Assembly (NCBI GenBank): GCA_965116795.1 | Contig: OZ220716.1 | Coordinates: forward strand, 1,514,503-1,578,502 | DNA length: 64,000 nucleotides | Reading direction: 5' to 3' | Origin: Gammaproteobacteria bacterium | GTDB lineage: Bacteria > Pseudomonadota > Gammaproteobacteria > JAJFKG01 | Shown: positions 29,559 to 37,288 of the stretch, piece by piece | How the letters are laid out: each line of letters opens with the position of its first letter | Position numbering within the stretch: position 1 is the first letter of the stretch | The notes under the pieces: generated by a model | Databases searched by the model: none | What the model was told of the DNA's origin: nothing | The model's input: only the letters and a program-made list of their open reading frames with translations | Translations under genes and position numbers: made by a program

Positions 29559-32500
29559 ATGTTTAAGATAGCAAGCAAAGAGAAAGAAGCTAAGAAAACA
29601 GAAAAAACAAAACAAAAAGCAACACAGGAAGTAAAAGTGGAGGTGAGGGCAAGGCGGGTATTTGCACCTAAAGGTGCGGATACGTCAACAGATTTAAGAG
29701 CCAAAGCTAAACAAGCAGGCACGTGTTTAAGTACTTGGGAGCATGCGGTATCCTGGAAGCGTACGGGTAGTGTTTTAGCCTTAGCGGTACTGGATAGTGG
29801 GTTCGTGCTAAGTGGGAGTTATGGTGATTACGCCGTTAAGCGTTGGCAGGTGGATGATAAGACAGGGAAGGTTAAGCATTCAAATACCTGGCCCCCACGG
29901 GGAGGGGATATGCATGCTGTTAATGCCTTACTAGTGCTTCCCAATGGGCTTGTATTAACTGGCGAGAGTGGTGCTAATTGTACTTATGAAGTTAGGTGTT
30001 GGCAGATAGATGATGAGACAGGGAGGGGGCATCATGTAGATGCCTGGAAGCAGAAGGGTGGTGTTTTAGCCTTAGCGGTGCTGGATAATGGGTTGGTATT
30101 AAGTGGGGGTTTTAATAAAACCATTAAGTGTTGGCGGGTAAATGATAAGACAGGGAAGGCGCAGTGTGTCAGTACCTGGGAAGGGCATACGGGTTCTGTT
30201 AGAGTCTTAGCGGTGCTTCCAAATGGGTTGGTATTAAGTGGGAGTGATGATAAAACCATTAAGTGTTGGCGGGTAAATGATAAGACAGGGGAGGCGCAGT
30301 GTGTCAGTACCTGGGAAGGGCATAAGCATTGGGTTGTTGCCTTAGCGGTGCTTCCCAATGGGTTGGTATTAAGTGGGGGTTTTGATAAAACCATTAAGTG
30401 TTGGCGGGTAAATGATAAGACAGGGGAGGCGCAGTGTGTCAGCACCTGGGAAGGGCATACGGGCTCTGTTAGAGTCTTAGCGGTGCTTCCCAATGGGTTG
30501 GTATTAAGTGGGAGTGATGATAAAACCATTAAGTGTTGGTGGGTAAATGATAAGACAGAGGAGGCGCAGTGTGTCAGCACCTGGGAAGGGCATACGGGTT
30601 CTGTTATGGCCTTGTTGGTGCTTCCCAATGGGTTGGTATTAAGTGGGAGTGGGCTGGTAGTAAGTTGGAGTGATTATATAAGTAGTAGTGATTATACAGG
30701 TTATAATATTGATACAGATTGCTATACTATGGACTATATAAATAGTACAAATTCTTATGGGGAAATTAAGTGTTGGCAGGGGGTGCCTGCTACTCTAGAG
30801 CAGTTGATGCAAAAAGCTTCCAAGGGGGATATAACAGCACAGGTCACGTGCTTGCGTTATCACGTGGCTGGGAAGATCACTATAGATGAGAAAACCGTAT
30901 TGGATTATGCGGTTACCGCTGCAAATCGCCAATGTTTTTTTGTTAAGTCATTAGTCGAGCCGCTGGTTGCCCAGGGAAATGATAAAGCACAGTTTGTGAT
31001 GGCGCAGTATTATCATGCGCGCAGGCGAGTTGATGAGTCTCTCAAATGGTACCGCTTAAGTGCAGAGCAAGGTAATACTGATGCGCAAGCTGGGTTGTTG
31101 AGGTTGGCTAAAGCTGACAATCAAGAGGCGCAAGTGACGTTAGCGGTGATGTATGAAGAAGGGCAGGGGTTTAAAGAGGATATCGATGTGGCGATAAGCT
31201 GGTATCGCTGTGCCGCGGCGCAAGGACATGCCTGGGCATTAATGACGCTTTCTCGTTTAGCGGAAGCTTCAAATCAATTGACCGCACAATGGATTTTGGC
31301 TGAGTTGTATGCCAAAGGGCAAGGTGTTAAGCAGGATGATGTGTTAGCAATGAAGTGGTATACCGTGGCGGCCAAGCGAGAACATCGTGATGCGCAGTTG
31401 GCTTTGGGGGGCTATTATGCTGCGGGGCGCGGTGTTGATGAAGATATCCCACATGCTGTGTATTGGTATCACCGCAGTGCAGCGCACGGTCAAAGTGAGG
31501 CGTTAGCACGGCTTGTTGATTTAGCCGACAAGCAAGGCAGTCAGCCAGCGCAGTTGGCATATGGAATACTGTTGATGACCTGCCTGAAACCAACAGATGA
31601 GTTCAAGGCACGCTTGAACTTAGAAACGGTGTATGTGCAACATAAGCTGCAAGCGGCTGGTACGTACTTGGGGTTATTGGCTGAGCATGGATTAAAGCAG
31701 AGAGTGTCTGCACAAGCGGCACACGTGTATTATCAAGCGGCGGCAGATGACGATTGTCCGCTAGCAAAAATATTGTTAGGGGTTAGTTATTTGGTTGGGT
31801 TAACCGGCAAAACCAATGAAGCCCAAGCACTGCAGTTATTTGAGCAAGCGCGTTCTCCAGGTGAGGATTATCAGTTAGCGGTGTATGTGGGTGCACCTGT
31901 GTTGTTAGCGCGACTGGCAACCTCTGGGTCGTTGAGTGCGATGTTGGCATTGGCGGTGATATATGAGCAGGGTTTGCCGGGTGTTTCTCAAGACTTAACC
32001 AAAGCAACGTCGTATTATCAACAAGCAGTGAGTCAGGGGTGTAGTTGGGAAAAGGCACGGGTGGCGGCGTGTAGAAAGAGTAGTGAGTCACTGTCTGCAG
32101 CTCAACCAAAGATGCCAAAGCAAACTCGTTCTCATGGCAAGAAGAGCTTGCCAGAGCAAGTGCCTAATCGCTTACAGGCAGCACAACAAGCGGCAGAGAT
32201 ACAGCAAGTGATACCACCGGCTTCGTCAGTCAGCCTGTTGCCTGTCCAGTCATCGAAAGTGCCTTCCTCCTTCTCGTCTTCGTCTTCATCCAGCAGCAAA
32301 GAAGAAAACCTTTTACCGGTACGCAAAGGCAGTACGGCGGCTGGGACGTTAAAGCCTGATGGGAAAGGTGAAGTGGATGTGTTGCTTGATTATGCGGATT
32401 TAACCTGTGGTGAATTAATTGCTGTAGGGGGGTTTGGTGAAGTCTATCGCGGACAATGGTTAAATAGCACAGAAGTAGCCATTAAAAAGTTATTACAGCG

Positions 32501-33788
32501 TACGTTAAATCGTCAGCTTGAACAGGCGTTTCGTCAAGAAGCCGGTGTGATGGTGCGGTTACGGGGCAGTCATCCCAATATTATCAATTTATACGGGGTT
32601 GTGTTGTTACCAGAGCCGTGCATGGTGTTGGAGTTTATGGCGAAGGGGTCACTGTATGATGTATTGCACAGTGATGAGCCATTGAGTTGGAAGTGTTGTT
32701 ATCAGATGGGGTTAGATGCCGCAAGAGGGTTATTGTACTTGCATGGCAAGCGCATTTTGCATCGAGACTTAAAGAGTCGCAATGTGTTGGTAGATGAGTA
32801 TAACAGAGCAAAGCTATCTGACTTTGGGTTAGCGAAAGTAGCATCATCGAGCCAAATGTATGGTGCTGGCATTCCAGGGACGACACAGTGGGTAGCGCCG
32901 GAGCTGTTTCATGGGGAAAAGTATACACCCGCATGTGATGTGTACAGTTTTGCGATAGTGTTATGGGAGTTGTTAAGTCGGCAAGTGCCGTATCGCCATA
33001 AAGTACGTGGTGCTATTTCAGGATTCGTACAAAATGGGGGAAGAGAAACACTACCTCCTGACTCGCCGTCAAGTTTGCAAGCCTTAGTATTGCGTTGTTG
33101 GGCGCAGATACCAAAAGACAGATCCAATATGAAAAGTGTGGTGAAAACGTTGCAGGCTGAACCTATTACCAATGATACCCCTATTCCATCACTGCATGTG
33201 GCAGGAGGCATACAGTCGGATGAGGAAGATGATGCAATGTGGGATAGTGTACTGTCAGACAGCAGTGATTATGTGGGACAAACCCAATCTGATGAGCAGT
33301 TAGTCAAACCAGTGCTTGCTTCGCCGTCGAGAGAGAAAGGTAATGCTATGCCATTATCCCCACAGCCACTTGAACAAAGTGATTACCTGCCGGGCAGTGA
33401 TGTGATTGGTGCTGGTAGGGGTAACCAGTCAGTTGGGGGTGGTCAGTCTGCGTCGAGACACGCACCTGGGTATTCATCTTCCTCATCATTATCTTCAACG
33501 TTATTTAAACCGGCAGCGACCCCGCCCCCGCCATTGCCAGAGGATGATAGTGATGACGATGTTATCGAAGCCGCAGCAACGCGTGGCTATTTAGCACGTG
33601 ATGCCAGTCAGTTAACGCTTGTTAAAGGTGCCAGACTCACGGTGATTGAACAACAATCGTCTGGCTGGTGGTTATGTGAGCTTGATGGTAAACGTGGGTT
33701 GGCTCCGAGCAATCACTTGCAGTTGGTAATGCCAGAAACAGCAACACAGCAACAACAAGCTGGCAGTGGGCCGTCGCCCTTGGCATGA
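29559..33788 (+). CDS. Eukaryotic-like multidomain kinase: WD40 - Sel1 - TKL kinase - SH3
   Basis: GH..V..LAV..SG.D.TIK.W repeats; Sel1 repeats; GGFGEV, VAIK, HRDLKSRN, DFG, GTTQWVAPE; SH3 QLTLVKGA..GWW..GKRGLAPSN. Confidence 0.9.
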   Translation: MFKIASKEKEAKKTEKTKQKATQEVKVEVRARRVFAPKGADTSTDLRAKAKQAGTCLSTWEHAVSWKRTGSVLALAVLDSGFVLSGSYGDYAVKRWQVDDKTGKVKHSNTWPPRGGDMHAVNALLVLPNGLVLTGESGANCTYEVRCWQIDDETGRGHHVDAWKQKGGVLALAVLDNGLVLSGGFNKTIKCWRVNDKTGKAQCVSTWEGHTGSVRVLAVLPNGLVLSGSDDKTIKCWRVNDKTGEAQCVSTWEGHKHWVVALAVLPNGLVLSGGFDKTIKCWRVNDKTGEAQCVSTWEGHTGSVRVLAVLPNGLVLSGSDDKTIKCWWVNDKTEEAQCVSTWEGHTGSVMALLVLPNGLVLSGSGLVVSWSDYISSSDYTGYNIDTDCYTMDYINSTNSYGEIKCWQGVPATLEQLMQKASKGDITAQVTCLRYHVAGKITIDEKTVLDYAVTAANRQCFFVKSLVEPLVAQGNDKAQFVMAQYYHARRRVDESLKWYRLSAEQGNTDAQAGLLRLAKADNQEAQVTLAVMYEEGQGFKEDIDVAISWYRCAAAQGHAWALMTLSRLAEASNQLTAQWILAELYAKGQGVKQDDVLAMKWYTVAAKREHRDAQLALGGYYAAGRGVDEDIPHAVYWYHRSAAHGQSEALARLVDLADKQGSQPAQLAYGILLMTCLKPTDEFKARLNLETVYVQHKLQAAGTYLGLLAEHGLKQRVSAQAAHVYYQAAADDDCPLAKILLGVSYLVGLTGKTNEAQALQLFEQARSPGEDYQLAVYVGAPVLLARLATSGSLSAMLALAVIYEQGLPGVSQDLTKATSYYQQAVSQGCSWEKARVAACRKSSESLSAAQPKMPKQTRSHGKKSLPEQVPNRLQAAQQAAEIQQVIPPASSVSLLPVQSSKVPSSFSSSSSSSSKEENLLPVRKGSTAAGTLKPDGKGEVDVLLDYADLTCGELIAVGGFGEVYRGQWLNSTEVAIKKLLQRTLNRQLEQAFRQEAGVMVRLRGSHPNIINLYGVVLLPEPCMVLEFMAKGSLYDVLHSDEPLSWKCCYQMGLDAARGLLYLHGKRILHRDLKSRNVLVDEYNRAKLSDFGLAKVASSSQMYGAGIPGTTQWVAPELFHGEKYTPACDVYSFAIVLWELLSRQVPYRHKVRGAISGFVQNGGRETLPPDSPSSLQALVLRCWAQIPKDRSNMKSVVKTLQAEPITNDTPIPSLHVAGGIQSDEEDDAMWDSVLSDSSDYVGQTQSDEQLVKPVLASPSREKGNAMPLSPQPLEQSDYLPGSDVIGAGRGNQSVGGGQSASRHAPGYSSSSSLSSTLFKPAATPPPPLPEDDSDDDVIEAAATRGYLARDASQLTLVKGARLTVIEQQSSGWWLCELDGKRGLAPSNHLQLVMPETATQQQQAGSGPSPLA
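30061..30650 (+). repeat. Near-identical 135-bp tandem repeats encoding WD40 units
   Basis: GGGTTGGTATTAAGTGGG recurs at about 30090, 30225, 30360, 30495, 30630. Confidence 0.9.
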
Positions 33789-34007
33789 GCAGTGAGTATA
33801 TATAATGGGGTTGGTGAGGAAGAGAACGATTGTAAATATCGTATTATTGTGATGCTTTAAGGCGTTGAAGAAAGGAGATATAAGCTATGGACCCAGTAAC
33901 AATTACGATGGCCGGGAAGGCGGCGATGGCGATGATTGATGTGGTCGCGTTTGACGCGGTGTTTACAACTAACCGCCAACCGAGTTTGCTGGTCTAAGGA
34001 TTTCCAC

Positions 34008-37000
34008 ATGAAAACTCAAAATTTCGGGCGTGGCGAGGCATGGTGGGATTATTCTCCGACCCCCAGCCTGCCCTACTATTTCTGGACCCCGTCGGCTTTG
34101 GTGGTGGCCTTAAAAAACTACAAAGAAAATCGTGAAAATGGGTCTTTAAAAGATAATCCACGAAACGCGTTTCCGAGTTCTGGTTTAGAGGGCTGCGAAA
34201 GTTTTTCTAAAGAATTTGCTTGGGAGGGAGATGAGAAACGCGACTATCCCAATCCCACACAAGATAGCAAAGGTAAAAATGAAAGATACTGGTTCATCGT
34301 CAAACATAAACAATCCGGTCAGCGCATCGAGGGGTTTTATCAAGAACCAGATTATAAGAAAGGCTTTCCTGATGCTAGGCTAAACTACTGGTACCGCGTT
34401 GTTTTCACTGACACCGAGAACCCAGCCATCCGGGCGTGGATGACAGAAAAAGACTTAAATTACCTTGACCGCATTCAGAAAGAAGGCTCTGCGCTGTACC
34501 AGCAAGCAATTACAGCCCACCCCGATATTCACCAAAAACAACTCGCCAGACAGCGTGAGCGTGGGATTGTTATCGATGATGAACAGAAAAAACGGACTGT
34601 CAGCGTAGCATCTAAAAAACAAGGGAAAGAAGAAAAAGACAGGAATTATCAATCGCGCTTAGCACAAGAGGAACGCGCTACGGCTGAACGTCAACGTCAA
34701 GGAAAAGAGCAGCAACAGATGCCGTTGCCGTTAAGGCCAACTGAGCTAGCTAACGTTGCGCAATCATCTGTCGACTCGCGAAAGGATTTGCACATAAAAA
34801 CTAAGACTTGGGGGGCTGTGCCATTTTCCGGTTCCGGCTATCCTTCTCCCTTTTGTATGATTTTGGAACTTAGTATTACCCTCTCCTCCTTGGGTTTTCA
34901 TTCTCGCGATTATGTTTTATTTTGCCGCGCACTAAAAAACTATAGAAACAATAGAGAGAATGGAAATCACTTCGATAACCCTAGAAACCCTTTCCCTTCT
35001 GCTGGGTTTGACTTGTTACATATTGCTGCTTCTGGTGTGAAAAGGAGAAATGCAAGCAAATGGCCTGAATCATGCGCCGGACAAGATCGTTATTGGTGGG
35101 AAATCAAGTTAACTAACGGTGAGATTATTAAGGATTTTTACTTAACCAAAGATGAGGAACGCGGTTGTTGGGTTGAGGGGAATGAAAGAAATGATGCGTG
35201 TTTCTGGTTCATCATCCATCACAAATATGATACCACAATTAAGGGTTTTTCGATAGAGCCTGATTATGACAAAGGGTATCCGGATAGCGACGAGAAATAT
35301 TGGTGGCGTATCAAATACACCGAATGTGGTGCCATCAAAGCATGGATGGAAGAAAAAGACAGGAATTATTTGGCACGATTGAAGCGTGAAGAAAAGGCGC
35401 GAAATGAGAAGAAAGAAAATGCTAGGCAAGTCAGTCAGGTGAGGCAATCGAGTCGTAGTCCGTCTGATTTCTCGCGCTTACCAAGTGCAGCTGCTTCTTC
35501 GTTGTTTTCCTCGTTGACGCCTGTGAATCAAGAGGGTAGGCCGATAGCGTTGCCTCCGATACCCGCAGGCCAGGGAGCGCCAGTGCCACTAAACCGCTTG
35601 CAAGCGGCACAACAAGCCGCAGCGAAAATACAAGCAGCCGATGTGCGAGTGACACCGCCTGGTCTAGAAAATAAGCCATTATCCCAGTCCCGTGGTAAAG
35701 CGTACTTGGCTGAGAGTTTTGGGCAAGCCAGTGAGTTTGTGTTGCGCCATGATGCGATTACGCTTGATAAGCACCCAGATGGACGTGATGTAGTGTTAGG
35801 GCGAGGTAGTTTTGGTGAGGTTTATCGAGGACGTTGGCACGGTATTCAAGTGGCGGTGAAGAAGCTGTTGTTGGTTAAGTTAACTCACGCGTTAGCGGAC
35901 GAGTTTAAGCATGAATGTACGGTGATGTTTAAGCTGCGCCATCCGAATATTTTAGAGCTGTATGGGATTGTGGTTGACCCTGAGCGCTGCATGGTGATGG
36001 AGTTTATGGCCAAGGGGTCATTGTCTGATGTCCTGCACAGCGACGAGCCTTTGAGTTGGGCGATGCTCTATCAATTTGGGTTAGGTGCAGCGCAGGGGTT
36101 ACTGTATTTGCACGAGAAGAAAATAGTGCATCGTGACTTGAAGAGTTTGAATGTACTGTTGGATAAAGATTATCAAGTAAAGTTAGCCGACTTTGGGTTA
36201 TCGTGCATTAAGACAAGCAGCAGTCAATCGTTACACAAGGCGGGCACTACCCAGTGGATAGCACCGGAGTTGTTGTTAGATGCAACAGCGTCTTTCACCG
36301 AAGCCTGTGATGTATACAGTTTAGCGATGGTATTATGGGAGTTGATGAGTCGGCAGGTACCGTATCGCAATCTGGCCAGTCCGGCGTTAGTGCCGATACA
36401 TGTGGGTTATCAAGGACAACGAGAAACGATACCGGCACAAGCACCATTGGTGATGCAGGCAGTGACGGAAGCGGGTTGGAAGCAACAACCCGAAGACAGA
36501 CCAACGGCGGCTCAATTATGTGATGAGTTGCGTTCACAACCAGTCACCGATACTACGCCCATTCCTTCACCACACGTGAAGAGAGCGAGAGTAGCGGATG
36601 AGGGCGGCCCCTCTGACAGTAGGGGTTATGTGGCGCAAACCAAATCCAGTGAGCGGTCAGCCGGACCACTGCTAATGCCAGTGAGCAGTGGCAGGTATGT
36701 CGAAGGTAGTCATATGGAGCAAAGGCCACAGAAATCGCTACCTACTTCGCCATCAGGAGATAAAGGCAACGTACCGCTATCACCCCAGCAGCAACTCGGA
36801 CAAAGTGATTACCTGCCGGGAAGCTATGCTGATGGTGCTAGCAGCGGTAATCGGTTAGTCGGTGATAGGCCTGCATCGGGGCATTCATCTTCTTCCTCCT
36901 CATCTTCAGCGTTATTCAAACCGGCAGCGACCCCGCTTCCGCCATTGCCAGAGGATGAGGATGTCATTGAAGCGGTGGCGACACATAATTATTTGGCGCC

Positions 37001-37190
37001 TGATGTAAGTCAGTTATCGCTTATTAAAGGCGCTAAGCTCACAGTGATTGAACAGCAATCGTCTGGCTGGTGGTTATGTGAGCTCAATGGCAAACGTGGG
37101 TTAGCCCCAAGCAATCGCTTGCAATTAATAGAGCCTGTGTTGGAAGAAGGCAGCGGCTATCAAGCGGGTTTCAGTGGTGGGCACGGGTAA
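34008..37190 (+). CDS. Eukaryotic-like kinase: duplicated unknown N-terminal domain - TKL kinase - SH3
   Basis: LGRGSFGEV, VAVK, HRDLKSLN, DFG, GTTQWIAPE; SH3 closely similar to that of 29559..33788; ATG 34008 after TAAGGA. Confidence 0.88.
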   Translation: MKTQNFGRGEAWWDYSPTPSLPYYFWTPSALVVALKNYKENRENGSLKDNPRNAFPSSGLEGCESFSKEFAWEGDEKRDYPNPTQDSKGKNERYWFIVKHKQSGQRIEGFYQEPDYKKGFPDARLNYWYRVVFTDTENPAIRAWMTEKDLNYLDRIQKEGSALYQQAITAHPDIHQKQLARQRERGIVIDDEQKKRTVSVASKKQGKEEKDRNYQSRLAQEERATAERQRQGKEQQQMPLPLRPTELANVAQSSVDSRKDLHIKTKTWGAVPFSGSGYPSPFCMILELSITLSSLGFHSRDYVLFCRALKNYRNNRENGNHFDNPRNPFPSAGFDLLHIAASGVKRRNASKWPESCAGQDRYWWEIKLTNGEIIKDFYLTKDEERGCWVEGNERNDACFWFIIHHKYDTTIKGFSIEPDYDKGYPDSDEKYWWRIKYTECGAIKAWMEEKDRNYLARLKREEKARNEKKENARQVSQVRQSSRSPSDFSRLPSAAASSLFSSLTPVNQEGRPIALPPIPAGQGAPVPLNRLQAAQQAAAKIQAADVRVTPPGLENKPLSQSRGKAYLAESFGQASEFVLRHDAITLDKHPDGRDVVLGRGSFGEVYRGRWHGIQVAVKKLLLVKLTHALADEFKHECTVMFKLRHPNILELYGIVVDPERCMVMEFMAKGSLSDVLHSDEPLSWAMLYQFGLGAAQGLLYLHEKKIVHRDLKSLNVLLDKDYQVKLADFGLSCIKTSSSQSLHKAGTTQWIAPELLLDATASFTEACDVYSLAMVLWELMSRQVPYRNLASPALVPIHVGYQGQRETIPAQAPLVMQAVTEAGWKQQPEDRPTAAQLCDELRSQPVTDTTPIPSPHVKRARVADEGGPSDSRGYVAQTKSSERSAGPLLMPVSSGRYVEGSHMEQRPQKSLPTSPSGDKGNVPLSPQQQLGQSDYLPGSYADGASSGNRLVGDRPASGHSSSSSSSSALFKPAATPLPPLPEDEDVIEAVATHNYLAPDVSQLSLIKGAKLTVIEQQSSGWWLCELNGKRGLAPSNRLQLIEPVLEEGSGYQAGFSGGHG

Positions 37191-37288
37191 GTTGATTGTT
37201 CTGTGCGGTGACAAGATAGTTAGGTTGGTATCGTTGAATTGGTTCGCTGACAGTCAATGGTCATAGAAACTGAAAAGGAGTTAAAACA

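Noticed and set aside
30032-30628. 198-aa minus-strand repetitive ORF
   Set aside because: Antisense shadow of the WD40 tandem repeats
29559-37190. Diversity-generating retroelement acting on the shared kinase tails or WD40 repeats
   Set aside because: No reverse transcriptase in the window, and the differences between copies are not adenine-specific
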